A stretch of 64,000 bases of DNA from an uncultured Verrucomicrobiaceae bacterium (GTDB lineage Bacteria > Pseudomonadota > Gammaproteobacteria > Pseudomonadales > CAMLJR01): contig CAZCNY010000007.1 in the NCBI GenBank assembly GCA_964500675.1, forward strand, positions 152,456-216,455. Direction: 5' to 3'. The notes below the pieces were generated by a model that saw only the letters and a program-made list of their open reading frames with translations, ran no database searches and was not told the origin of the DNA. This document shows, piece by piece, positions 53,308-62,960 of this stretch. Every line of letters starts with the position of its first letter. Position 1 is the first letter of the stretch. The translations under genes were made by a program, and so were the position numbers.

Positions 53308-55152
53308 TCAAAAAGCAACCGAAATTCCGCCAAACACTTGCAGATCGCGCTGATTGTCCTGCGCAAAATGCTGTATCGCGCCGATATTGTAATTGGCCCC
53401 GCCCGGCAGCGCGCCGCTTAAACCGAGTTGCGCGGTGTAGCGCGTGCGTCCTGGCCCTTCGACAGGCATCGTGAACGGCAGCGCTTCGGGAATTGACAAT
53501 GCGCTCACGTCGACACTGTATTGGTTATCTTCAAAGTCGCGATCGACGGCGATACGCGCGTAGGGTTTGAATGTCTGCGCGCGATATTCGAATTGCCAGC
53601 CCGCGCTGCCGACGAGCGAGTGGCGCTGCTGCGCGCCGTAGCCGAGATCGACAATGCCCGCATTTTTTTCGTCGAAACCGTCGATACGGAGATCTTGCGC
53701 GAGCAAGCCGAGCACGGGCCCCGTGACAAAGCGATCGAGCGTGAATTCATAACCGCTTTCGAGCTGCGCGGACAGATCGCGGCCAGCAGTGTGCCCATCC
53801 GCCGTATAACTGGAAATGCCCAATGGCACGCGGCGATGCAGCGAATATTCGGTGTCGCCATAGGCGAGCGCGCCGCGCGCGAACCATGGATCGCTTTCCC
53901 AATTTCCATAAATGCTCAGCGTGATATCGCGCTGCGAATAATTACCGCGATTCTGCGCGTAATCGGCGCTGCCGTTAGCGATGCTGAGTGCGGCGCCGGC
54001 AACGATTTGCGAGTTGATTTGCGTGTCCATACCGAGCGCAAAGTGATAATCGCTGGCATCGGTGCCGGGATTGGCTTGAACATTATCGCGGTCGAGCGTC
54101 TGGTTTTGCACGGAAATCCATACATGGTGTCCGTTGTTTTGACGCGCATTAGAACCGGCGATTAATTGCGAGCGTAGCAAATCGTGCAACGCGCCGCGCG
54201 AGGCGATGGCGCTGTCGGCCAGCATTCCAACTTGCTGTGGCGCACTTAACACACTGAGTACGTAATCGCCGAGGATTTTATGCGTGCCCGTCGTCGGGTG
54301 AACGCCATCGGCGAACAGATAAGTTTGGTTGGCGCCGACAGCGTAGTCGCCCGTCGTGCATACCAGCGATGATGGCAAATTGCCGCAGGCTTTTCCCGTT
54401 GTATTTTCTATGCCGAATTTCGAAGCGTCGTCGATGATTTGATGCAGCAACCCGAACGTATCGATCGGGATGACGCGAATGCCCTGCGTCGCCAGCTGCG
54501 TGAATAATTCGTGATTGTAGGTTTGCACGAATTGCGTCGCCTGTGTCTGCGCCGCCGTGCCCGCGGTGATCGAACTCGGTGTGCTGCCGATATCCGGCAG
54601 GTTGAGCACGACGAGATAGCGCGCGCCGGCATTACGAAGACGGGCGATCTGAGCGGTCATATTGTCCGCGACTTGCGCCATAGGTAAAGCGTTATAAGCG
54701 GGGTCGCCATCCTGCAGCGCGAACACATCGTTGGCGCCGGCCCATAACGCATACAGTGCATGCGCATCCGCCCGCCCGCCCGTCGCTGTCAAATAAGTCG
54801 TTATCTGTTCCGAAACCGACGGTGCGGTTTGAATGAACGGCACCAGCGCATTGTTTGGATAGCCCGGCTCCGAGTTCACGCGCGCGCCGCCCGCCGCGTA
54901 GTCGGTGCCGCCCTGATTCAAGGGCGACGTTGGATGTCCGAGTGCAGCGGCGACGACTTCCGCCCACACCGAACCAGGATTCGTGGTGAATTTCCCCGCG
55001 ATTTGATAAACCCCTCCGAGCGGCGGTTGCCCCACGTACGTTCCGGTATCGGTGAGACTGTCGCCGAAGAAAATCGCGTTTGAATAATCCGCAGCGGAAG
55101 CTTGAACCGAACAAACAGCAGCGATGGTGGCGGCGAGTACGTGAGCGCGCAT
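53308..55152 (-). CDS. GDSL esterase autotransporter (EstA/ApeE-like)
   Basis: Signal peptide, FGDSLTD, WAGAND, DGVHP, C-terminal beta-barrel ending in F. Confidence 0.93.
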   Translation of the reverse strand: MRAHVLAATIAAVCSVQASAADYSNAIFFGDSLTDTGTYVGQPPLGGVYQIAGKFTTNPGSVWAEVVAAALGHPTSPLNQGGTDYAAGGARVNSEPGYPNNALVPFIQTAPSVSEQITTYLTATGGRADAHALYALWAGANDVFALQDGDPAYNALPMAQVADNMTAQIARLRNAGARYLVVLNLPDIGSTPSSITAGTAAQTQATQFVQTYNHELFTQLATQGIRVIPIDTFGLLHQIIDDASKFGIENTTGKACGNLPSSLVCTTGDYAVGANQTYLFADGVHPTTGTHKILGDYVLSVLSAPQQVGMLADSAIASRGALHDLLRSQLIAGSNARQNNGHHVWISVQNQTLDRDNVQANPGTDASDYHFALGMDTQINSQIVAGAALSIANGSADYAQNRGNYSQRDITLSIYGNWESDPWFARGALAYGDTEYSLHRRVPLGISSYTADGHTAGRDLSAQLESGYEFTLDRFVTGPVLGLLAQDLRIDGFDEKNAGIVDLGYGAQQRHSLVGSAGWQFEYRAQTFKPYARIAVDRDFEDNQYSVDVSALSIPEALPFTMPVEGPGRTRYTAQLGLSGALPGGANYNIGAIQHFAQDNQRDLQVFGGISVAF

Positions 55153-55234
55153 CGTGTTTTCCTCCAAATGAAACTTTATTGTTAATGTTGTGTTATTGCT
55201 TAGTATGAGCCAATGCGGTACGTGAAGGCGAGAG

Positions 55235-55945
55235 TCACGAGAATAATCGCGCGACGAGCGTTGTCAGCGCATTTTCCACGCGCAGAATGCGCGTACCAAG
55301 ATGCACGCCGCACAAACCTGCCTGCAACAACTTATCGATTTCGTAATTCGTAAAACCGCCTTCGGGACCGATCGCGAGTGTGCAGTCGCGGTTGAACGCG
55401 ATAGGACATGCAGTGGCGCTGCCCGGATGCGCGACGAAGCCGTGCGAATTTTGCAGCAGCGCGGGCAAGCGATCCTCGACAAACGGTTTGAATAATTTTT
55501 CGCATGTCAGCGCCGGCAGTATCGTGTCGCCCGCCTGCTGCAAGCCTTCGATAAAATAGCCGCGCACGGTTTCTGCAGCGAGTGCTGGCGTCTGCCAATA
55601 ACTTTTTTCGACTTTTGCCGTGTTGACAAGAATCAGTTCGCGCACACCGAGCTCGGCCACGGTGCGCAGGATACGCCGCAGCATTTTCGGGCGCGGCAGC
55701 GCGAGCATAATCGTGAGCGGCAGTTTCGGCGGCGGCGCGCGATCGAGCGTTACACGCAGCTCAACGGTATTTTCATCGATATGCAGAATCTCGCCGCTGC
55801 CGAGCAACCCGTTGAGATTGCCAACCTTGATCATTGTATTTTTTTCAGCGCCGAGAATGTCGCGAATATGCCGCGCGCGTTTGTCGCTTAAGCGGGCGTG
55901 TCCATCGCCGATATAGTCGTTCGGTTCGAGTAGAACGATATTCAT
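55235..55945 (-). CDS. rsmE: 16S rRNA m3U1498 methyltransferase RsmE-like
   Basis: LALPRPK, AIGPEGGF, HLGTRILRVENA. Confidence 0.9.
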   Translation of the reverse strand: MNIVLLEPNDYIGDGHARLSDKRARHIRDILGAEKNTMIKVGNLNGLLGSGEILHIDENTVELRVTLDRAPPPKLPLTIMLALPRPKMLRRILRTVAELGVRELILVNTAKVEKSYWQTPALAAETVRGYFIEGLQQAGDTILPALTCEKLFKPFVEDRLPALLQNSHGFVAHPGSATACPIAFNRDCTLAIGPEGGFTNYEIDKLLQAGLCGVHLGTRILRVENALTTLVARLFS

Positions 55946-55961
55946 CGACTTTTTTACGTGA

Positions 55962-57329
55962 TTAAGCGAGAGCGGCGGGCGCTGCCCACAAGTCGTATTC
56001 GTCGGCGTCGATGACTTCGACCACGAGCGTATCGCCGGGCTGCAAGCCTTCAAAGCCGTCGAGATATTCGCGATCGATAAAGACGCGGCCATCGATTTCG
56101 GGCGCGTCGGCCCACGAGCGCGCGACGGCGCCTTCGTCGACGACTTCATCGACGAGCACTTCGATAGGCGTGCCGATTTTTCTCTGCAAACGTTCCGCGC
56201 TGATTTGTTGTTGCAATGCCATGAAGCGCTCATAGCGATCTTTCTTGATTGCATCGGGTACGTGATCGGGCAGCGCATTCGCCGTCGCACCTTCGACCGG
56301 CGAATATTCAAAACAGCCGACGCGATCGAGTTGTGCTTCCCGCAACCAATCGAGCAGCATTTGAAAATCGTCTTCGGTTTCGCCGGGAAAGCCGACGACA
56401 AATGTCGAACGCAACGTTAATTCGGGACATTCTTGGCGCCAGCGTTTGATTCGTTCCAGGGTTTTTTCCTGATGCGCGGGTCGCTTCATCAACTGCAAAA
56501 TACGCGGGCTGGCGTGCTGAAACGGAATGTCGAGATACGGCAGAATTTTGCCTTCGGCCATGAGTGGTATGACGTTATCGACATGCGGATACGGATACAC
56601 ATAGTGCAAGCGCACCCACACACCGAGTTCGCCGAGCGCTTCGCAAAGTTCCTGCATGCGCGTTTTGAGCGGCTGGCCATTCCAGAAGCCCGTGCGATAT
56701 TTGGTATCGACGCCGTATGCACTCGTGTCCTGCGAAATCACGAGAATTTCGCGCACACCGGCTTGCACTAAACGCTCGGCTTCGTCCATGACGTCGCCGA
56801 TCGGGCGGCTGACGAGATCACCGCGCATCGACGGAATAATGCAAAACGTGCAGCGATGATTGCAGCCCTCGGAGATTTTCAAATACGCGTAATGGCGCGG
56901 CGTTAATTTAATTCCCTGCGGCGGTACCAGATCGATCAGCGGATTGTGTTGTTGTTGCGGCGGTAAATATTGATGCACTGCTTGCATCACGGGTTCGTAT
57001 TGCGCGGCGCCCGAGATCGACAGAATTTGCGGATGAACTTCTTTGATGCGCTGCGCATCGGCACCCGAACCCATGCAGCCGGTGACGATGACGCGGCCAT
57101 TTTCCTTGATCGCTTCGCCGATCGCGTCGAGCGATTCCTGTTTCGCGCTGTCGATGAAACCGCACGTATTCACCACCACGACATCGGCATCCTGATACGT
57201 CGGCACCACGTCGTAACCTTCGAGTTTTAACTGCGTGAGGATGCGTTCCGAATCGACCAGCGCTTTCGGGCAGCCGAGTGAAACAAATCCGACTTTGCGG
57301 GGGTTGGGGTTCGACGAGCTGGCGGACAT
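55962..57329 (-). CDS. rimO: Ribosomal protein S12 methylthiotransferase
   Basis: [31 protein letters not shown] radical SAM motif, TRAM domain. Confidence 0.98.
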   Translation of the reverse strand: MSASSSNPNPRKVGFVSLGCPKALVDSERILTQLKLEGYDVVPTYQDADVVVVNTCGFIDSAKQESLDAIGEAIKENGRVIVTGCMGSGADAQRIKEVHPQILSISGAAQYEPVMQAVHQYLPPQQQHNPLIDLVPPQGIKLTPRHYAYLKISEGCNHRCTFCIIPSMRGDLVSRPIGDVMDEAERLVQAGVREILVISQDTSAYGVDTKYRTGFWNGQPLKTRMQELCEALGELGVWVRLHYVYPYPHVDNVIPLMAEGKILPYLDIPFQHASPRILQLMKRPAHQEKTLERIKRWRQECPELTLRSTFVVGFPGETEDDFQMLLDWLREAQLDRVGCFEYSPVEGATANALPDHVPDAIKKDRYERFMALQQQISAERLQRKIGTPIEVLVDEVVDEGAVARSWADAPEIDGRVFIDREYLDGFEGLQPGDTLVVEVIDADEYDLWAAPAALA

Positions 57330-57465
57330 GCGTGATCTCTGCGTATAACGGTACCGGCAAGGGCGCGTAGTTTACCCGAGTTGAGTTGCCGCGGCATGCG
57401 AAGATTCCGCCGAATCCGCTATGCTGTGCCGCTTATTGAGTTCCATAACACAAGAGGAATACAGA

Positions 57466-58329
57466 ATGCGTGGGTTGCGCGGCCTAGTCGCTCAGAGATT
57501 GTTTTGTGGCGCCATCGGATTGGTGTTAACGGCGTGCGGTGTTGTCGATCCTGTTCCCGACGGCAGCAAGCGCGTTGCCGATGCGTGGGTGCACAACGAG
57601 CCCGTGCCGCTGCTCAGCGATCGCTTCGGTAAGAACCTCACCGCCGAGGCGGCCTATCGCATACAGTTCAACGCATTGCATCAGGTGCCGCTATCGAAGG
57701 CGCCCGATGGTTTCAAAGCGGGTTTGACGACACCGGAAAGCCAGCAAATGTTCGGCTCCAACGAACCGCTTGCGGCGGTATTGCCGGGTGGCAGCCAGCT
57801 GAAAAAGCGCGAAGACGGTTATCACGTGAATATGCGTGAGTATCGCCAGCCACTCGTTGAAACCGAAATCGGTTATCGCTTTTCCGAGCGTATTCAATAT
57901 CCGTTGCCCGATGTACAAGCGCTGCAAGCGGTGGTTGACGAAATGATGCCCGCGATCGAATTGCCCGAACTCGCGCATGCCGACCCCGATAAAAAAATCA
58001 CCGCGATCGATCTGATCGCGAGCAACGCCGGCGCCAAACATTTCATTGCGGGACCCGGCCGCGCGCCGAGTGTGATCGATCCAAACTCGGTGTCCGTGGT
58101 GCTGTATCGCGATGGCGATGTCATCGCTCAAGGTAATGGCCGCGATGCGCTGAACGATCAATGGCAAGCGTTATTGTTTCTCGTCAATCGCACACTCGCG
58201 AGCGGTTGGACGATCGAACCCGGACAAATATTAATTACCGGCGCACTTGGCAAAGCCACGCCGATGCAAAAAGGTATTTACGTTGCGGATTATGGGCAGC
58301 TTGGGCGGATTGAGTGGGTGAGTGAGTAA
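57466..58329 (+). CDS. 2-keto-4-pentenoate hydratase-like (FAH superfamily) protein with a lipoprotein signal
   Basis: AYRIQ, GFKAGLT, VETEIGY, AIELP, GQILITGAL; N-terminal lipobox VLTAC. Confidence 0.8.
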   Translation: MRGLRGLVAQRLFCGAIGLVLTACGVVDPVPDGSKRVADAWVHNEPVPLLSDRFGKNLTAEAAYRIQFNALHQVPLSKAPDGFKAGLTTPESQQMFGSNEPLAAVLPGGSQLKKREDGYHVNMREYRQPLVETEIGYRFSERIQYPLPDVQALQAVVDEMMPAIELPELAHADPDKKITAIDLIASNAGAKHFIAGPGRAPSVIDPNSVSVVLYRDGDVIAQGNGRDALNDQWQALLFLVNRTLASGWTIEPGQILITGALGKATPMQKGIYVADYGQLGRIEWVSE

Positions 58330-58343
58330 GCAGTGGCGTTTGT

Positions 58344-58850
58344 TTACAAATCGATTCGACTCGGTTGACTGAAATTGCGCACGCTCAGCCCTTGTGCGCG
58401 CAACAGTTGCAGCAATTTTTTGCTGTCGTCCTTATTTAAAAAATTGCCGACCGGAATGGTTTGCTCGCGGCTGCACAAAAATATTTTGAGCGGATCCCAC
58501 GGATGAAGTTGCACTTCCACCGACAGCGAAACCGCATCGCGCGGAAAGCTCCACGAGAAACGCGGGTAGTACGCACCTTTTTGCAGCGTGATTTGCGCGT
58601 CGCGGAAATACAGCACGTGACGCTGTTGCAATTTCCAGCTCACGTAGTACAGCGCTAATGCGAGCCCGCCGACTTCGAGACCGGCGAAGGGCAGGATCGG
58701 CCATAAACCTCTGAATACGAAAAAGCTCGCGATCAACAGCCACCACAGCGCAAACGCGGCGATGACGAGCTTATTCATGTGCCAGCTCGCCGAACGGTTG
58801 GGTTGTGCGACGAGCAAGGTTTCGTCGTTGTGTTGTTGCAAGGTCACCAC
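58344..58850 (-). CDS. DUF2244-type membrane protein
   Basis: LVAQPNRSASW, GLWPILPFAGLEV, VGNFLN. Confidence 0.85.
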   Translation of the reverse strand: MVTLQQHNDETLLVAQPNRSASWHMNKLVIAAFALWWLLIASFFVFRGLWPILPFAGLEVGGLALALYYVSWKLQQRHVLYFRDAQITLQKGAYYPRFSWSFPRDAVSLSVEVQLHPWDPLKIFLCSREQTIPVGNFLNKDDSKKLLQLLRAQGLSVRNFSQPSRIDL

Positions 58851-58895
58851 GGTGATTGTGCGCTCGCGAATGGTTGCTGTTGGCGAGACTTTACA

Positions 58896-59561
58896 CTAGA
58901 ACGGCACGGCGGCATTGAACGTCATGCGCTTGCTGCTGACGGGGTGGGTCAATTGCAATTCACGCGCGTGCAGCGTTAAGCGGTCGTAGGCATTTTTTGC
59001 GTCGGCATGCGCATAGAACGGGCAGCCCAAAATCGGATGGCCGATTTCCGCCAGATGCACCCGCAATTGGTGCGAGCGCCCCGTGATCGGCTGCAAATCG
59101 ACGCGCGCAATATTTTTTTGCGTATCGCGCTCAAGCACTGTGTAAAGCGTTTGCGCGGGTTTGCCGTTGACGTGATCGACAATTTTTTTAGGTCGATTCG
59201 GCCAGTCGACGCAAATCGGTAAATCGATTTTGCCGCTATCTTCAGCGGGCAAACCCCACACCAGCGCTTGATAATATTTTTCAACTTCGCGCTGTTCGAA
59301 TTGGCGATTCAAATGGCGATGCGTTTCGGCGTCGCGCGCCAAGATCATTAATCCCGAAGTGTCGAAATCGAGCCGGTGCACGATGCGCAGTTCGCCGAAT
59401 TCAGCGTGCAGGCGGCTCGGCACACAGTCGCGATTGGCGGGGTCGCGGCCAGGCACCGAGAGCAAGCCGTAGGGTTTATCGACGACGACCACGTGTGCGT
59501 CGGCAAACACAACGGCGATCTGACGTTCGCAATAGGGGGCGATGAAGGGTGTGCCGGTCAT
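58896..59561 (-). CDS. rluA: RluA-family pseudouridine synthase
   Basis: DKPYGLLSVPG, VHRLDFDTSG (catalytic Asp), TGRSHQLRVH. Confidence 0.93.
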   Translation of the reverse strand: MTGTPFIAPYCERQIAVVFADAHVVVVDKPYGLLSVPGRDPANRDCVPSRLHAEFGELRIVHRLDFDTSGLMILARDAETHRHLNRQFEQREVEKYYQALVWGLPAEDSGKIDLPICVDWPNRPKKIVDHVNGKPAQTLYTVLERDTQKNIARVDLQPITGRSHQLRVHLAEIGHPILGCPFYAHADAKNAYDRLTLHARELQLTHPVSSKRMTFNAAVPF

Positions 59562-59642
59562 GTGCTGCCGTGTTGTGTGGCTACATCGGCCCGCATGATA
59601 GAACGCGAACGCGGCTGTGTGCCAGCGGTTGCGGACACAGGT

Positions 59643-60032
59643 TTATTGCGCCTGATAGCGCACGAGCTTGTCGATGATCAAACCGAAAAATTGATTGGCT
59701 TCGCCGTTCTGATAAAACCAGCCGAGATGTTCGCCGCAATCGCTGCAACGCGCGGTTTGCCAAACGTAGCCTTTGAACCACGAGTACTCGTCGGTGGAGG
59801 GACCGCCGATATCACAGCCGGGTGCACGTTGGAAGCAGCCAATTAAAAATTGAAATCCGTTCGGATTGACGAAGCGGTGTTGATGGCTGCCGCTCATGAC
59901 CCATTCATCGCGCTTGCTGGTGATAGCCGCATGACAAAAGCGGCACAGGATTAAGTCCGCGCGCGAAATGCTGTCTGAGCCTTGCAGCTCTGGGATCAGT
60001 TGATGCAGTGGAGCCGTTGTGGGTTGACGCAT
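59643..60032 (-). CDS. Bacterial cereblon homologue (stand-alone CULT domain)
   Basis: CRFC and CSDC zinc ligands, FVNPNG, EYSWFKGYVW, HLGWFY aromatic cage. Confidence 0.9.
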   Translation of the reverse strand: MRQPTTAPLHQLIPELQGSDSISRADLILCRFCHAAITSKRDEWVMSGSHQHRFVNPNGFQFLIGCFQRAPGCDIGGPSTDEYSWFKGYVWQTARCSDCGEHLGWFYQNGEANQFFGLIIDKLVRYQAQ

Positions 60033-60193
60033 GCTACAGCCGGGGAAGTAATTCTTGTATTGCGGATGCGTCCAGTATAGTTGCTTGCCGCCGGGCTGCT
60101 GCGAAAACTGACCGGCGGCACACTATAAAGATGTGTTAGAGAGAAATTCTTGCACGGACTATGCGCCGTGCGCGGAAGAGGCTGACACAGCGC

Positions 60194-61417
60194 TCACTGC
60201 GTCAGCTTAAACACGATGGGGACGATATATTCAAAGTTGTTGCCTTCGAGCGTATCCGGTGCCTTCGGAAACGGCGCGGCTTTTTTCACGGCCTTTTCTG
60301 CCGCGCTGTCGAGTAAATCGTTAGCCGATTGCGCGATCTCGAACGAGGTCAGCTTGCCGCTGTGATCGACCTTCATGCGAATCATCACCATGCCTTCGAT
60401 ATTATCTTTCACCGCACGGCGCGGATAATCAATATTGGTCAGAACCTGTTTGCGCACAACGCCGAAGTAGCTCTGGTTCAATTCGTCCTGCTCTTTGTCG
60501 TGCGCGGCTTTTGCAGCTATTGCCGCCGCGTCGGGCACGGGTTTAGCAGGGGCAGCAGGTGCCGACTTGGCAGCTTCGGCAGATGCTGTCACGGCGGATT
60601 TGGCTTCGGCGTGGGCTTTGTTTTCAGCGCTGGGTTTAGCTTCAGCACTGGGTTTGGCTTCAGCGCTAGGCTTGGCTTCCGCAACGGGCTTCGCTGCGGC
60701 TTCGGGTTTCGCGGGTTCGGATTTTTTCGATTCCGCTGGCGCAGCAACCGCTACCGCGGTAGCAGCGGCAGTTGCAGCCGGCAGTTCGGGCTCGGCTTTG
60801 TAGCCCCAGCTCGCGATCACTTTTTTGCGTGCTTCGTTCGGATGAACGCTGTCAAAACGCGCGACGAGATCGTTGCCGGCCTGGTCTTTCGGCAGATCGA
60901 GAATATCGCGCTTGAATTCGGTGGTAGGTGGTCGCGGTCCGATCCAGGCGTTAACCAGCATCGTGAACAGCGCAGAGTTGTTCGTGTGCAGCGCGGCGAC
61001 ACCGTTGAGCGATACCTGCGTCGTGTTGTTGCTGGTGAGATCGATAGTCAGGCGATCGCCCGCAACCAGATCCCCCTTCGGAATGCTCGTAAACGCGAGA
61101 ATGTCGAGCGCGTTGGCGTTGATGAATGCGCTGGAGTTGTTGATGGTGATTGCCTGATTCCACATCTGCGAAAAGCGCAGCGACGGCCAGCGATCCACCG
61201 TGATGTGGAGCTCCATACGCTTTTTTCCCGGCATATTGGCAATCGTTGCCGGATCGCGACCCGGCCAGCCGAGGTAGAGCGCACCGATATAATACTCCAG
61301 ACGCAGCTGCTCAAAAGCGGCCATGCCATTGAGGTTGAGATCGTTATTTTGTGCGCGCGCGCACAGAGAGCTTGTTATCAGCGCCAGGCTGATTACACAT
61401 GCATAAATTGATTTCAT
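60194..61417 (-). CDS. Chalcone-isomerase-like domain, Ala/Pro/Lys linker and TonB C-terminal domain fusion
   Basis: Signal peptide; YYIGALYL..KKRMEL..GDRLTI..VSLNG..LFTMLVNAWIGPRPP (CHI-like); AEAKPS repeats; YPRRAVKDNIEGMV..LLDSAAEKAVKKAAPFP (TonB_C). Confidence 0.82.
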   Translation of the reverse strand: MKSIYACVISLALITSSLCARAQNNDLNLNGMAAFEQLRLEYYIGALYLGWPGRDPATIANMPGKKRMELHITVDRWPSLRFSQMWNQAITINNSSAFINANALDILAFTSIPKGDLVAGDRLTIDLTSNNTTQVSLNGVAALHTNNSALFTMLVNAWIGPRPPTTEFKRDILDLPKDQAGNDLVARFDSVHPNEARKKVIASWGYKAEPELPAATAAATAVAVAAPAESKKSEPAKPEAAAKPVAEAKPSAEAKPSAEAKPSAENKAHAEAKSAVTASAEAAKSAPAAPAKPVPDAAAIAAKAAHDKEQDELNQSYFGVVRKQVLTNIDYPRRAVKDNIEGMVMIRMKVDHSGKLTSFEIAQSANDLLDSAAEKAVKKAAPFPKAPDTLEGNNFEYIVPIVFKLTQ

Positions 61418-61755
61418 CGTTTGCGTCGCTTTTTCACCCTGACAACTTGGTCGTTTAGCTCTGTTATACGACCCGTGATCGCGCTGCACCGCGGTTGCAC
61501 CGTGCATTCGCGTCCCCTTGGACTGACCCTCGGTAAAGATAGACCATGAAGTTTTGTTCAGCGAGTCGCCCCGTTATTGGCAAGAATCTGAAATTATCGA
61601 TAAGAAGTTGAGGGCGCTGTGATTGGAAACCGAATACTCTGTGACAAGAAGCCAAAAAGGTGGTTCCGGTTCGTCGCAAATCCGGCTACATTGACTAAGT
61701 AAAGGGCGATTGCGCTGCAAGCGCGATGATCGGATGCGGCAAGCGAAGCCAATCA

Positions 61756-62427
61756 ATGAATATTAAAGAGATCAGAAACATTCCTCGCGGTGAGCTCACC
61801 TTGCTGTTGACGCGAATTCCATTTTTCAAGGAATTGCGTCTGCGCGACGAGGAGCAGCTGGAGCTGTTATTGACGTACTGCTGTCTGGTCGAATTGGCGC
61901 CGGGTGAGACCATCATGCGGCGCGGCCAGAAAGGGACATGGCTGTATTTCCTGATCAAAGGCAAGCTGATTGTCTATCGCGATCAGGTCGATCCCGCGCA
62001 GGCGATTAATAGCATTACTCCAGGCGAGTTGTTCGGTGATCTCGCGCAATTGTGCGATCACCAGCGCAAGGCCACGGTGGCCGCGTCCGAGGAGCGCAGT
62101 GCGCTGTTATTCGCATGCGATTTTAAGGCATTTGGCGAGATCGACAACTTTACGCAGATACAACTTTCGACCAAGCTGCTGTTCTATCGCACCGTTGTCC
62201 ATAGCATTCGCTGGCGGCTCGAAGTATTGCGCATGGAGCAACCCGATCACGGCTTGGTGGCCGAACTGCTCAAAATGCCGGTGTTTGCGGGGCAGCGCGA
62301 CAGCGTTGACGAGCTGCGCGCATTGCATCGACAGGCACAATACCTGGCGGGAATTCTCGAGCGATGGAATCGTGACAACGGTACGCTGGGTGAACTCTTC
62401 GTCGCCAATACCGCGGCGGTCTCCTGA
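61756..62427 (+). CDS. Cyclic nucleotide-binding domain protein without a clear HTH
   Basis: IPFF, PGETIMRRGQKGTWLYFLIKG, GELFGDLA..RKATV. Confidence 0.85.
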   Translation: MNIKEIRNIPRGELTLLLTRIPFFKELRLRDEEQLELLLTYCCLVELAPGETIMRRGQKGTWLYFLIKGKLIVYRDQVDPAQAINSITPGELFGDLAQLCDHQRKATVAASEERSALLFACDFKAFGEIDNFTQIQLSTKLLFYRTVVHSIRWRLEVLRMEQPDHGLVAELLKMPVFAGQRDSVDELRALHRQAQYLAGILERWNRDNGTLGELFVANTAAVS

Positions 62428-62459
62428 CGATACGGGTTGCGGCAATCTGACCACAGCCA

Positions 62460-62486
62460 TCTATACTGAACGAAGTTTGCCGATAA
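62460..62486 (+). promoter_or_regulatory. Putative sigma28 (FliA) promoter
   Basis: TCTA-N15-GCCGATAA (perfect -10, imperfect -35), 25 bp before the receiver gene. Confidence 0.45.
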
Positions 62487-62511
62487 CAGGGCTGTAGGGC
62501 GTATCGATCGA

Positions 62512-62877
62512 ATGTCAATCCCGCTACTCATTTGCGACGATTCCAATATGGCTCGCAAGCAGGTGTTGCGCGCGCTGCCGGAAGGTTGGGATGTCGATGT
62601 TACGTTTGCCGAAAATGGTGTGGACGGGCTCGAAGCTATTCGCGCCGGTAAGGGTGAGATGGTGTTTCTCGATCTTACGATGCCGCGGATGGATGGTTAC
62701 GAGGTGCTCGAACACATCCGCGATGAGGGGCTGAAGTCGGTGGTCATCGTCATTTCGGCCGATATTCAACCCGACGCGCGCGCGCGTGCGCTCAAGCTCG
62801 GCGCGCTCGACTTCATCCGCAAGCCGATCGATAGCGGCAAGCTGCAGGACACGCTGCGCACTTTTGGTTTGCTTTGA
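62512..62877 (+). CDS. Single-domain response regulator (CheY-like)
   Basis: ICDDS, FLDLTMP, ISADIQ, IRKP. Confidence 0.92.
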   Translation: MSIPLLICDDSNMARKQVLRALPEGWDVDVTFAENGVDGLEAIRAGKGEMVFLDLTMPRMDGYEVLEHIRDEGLKSVVIVISADIQPDARARALKLGALDFIRKPIDSGKLQDTLRTFGLL

Positions 62878-62918
62878 AAAAACGGTTTGCTTTGCAAGGG
62901 CGGTCCGCTCTAACAGTT

Positions 62919-62960
62919 TCGATAAGCGCTATTCGATAAACCCCACTCGATAAACCCTAC
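62919..62960. repeat. Three tandem imperfect 14-bp repeats with a TCGATAA core
   Basis: tcgataagcgctat tcgataaaccccac tcgataaaccctac, overlapping the transglycosylase stop codon. Confidence 0.75.
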
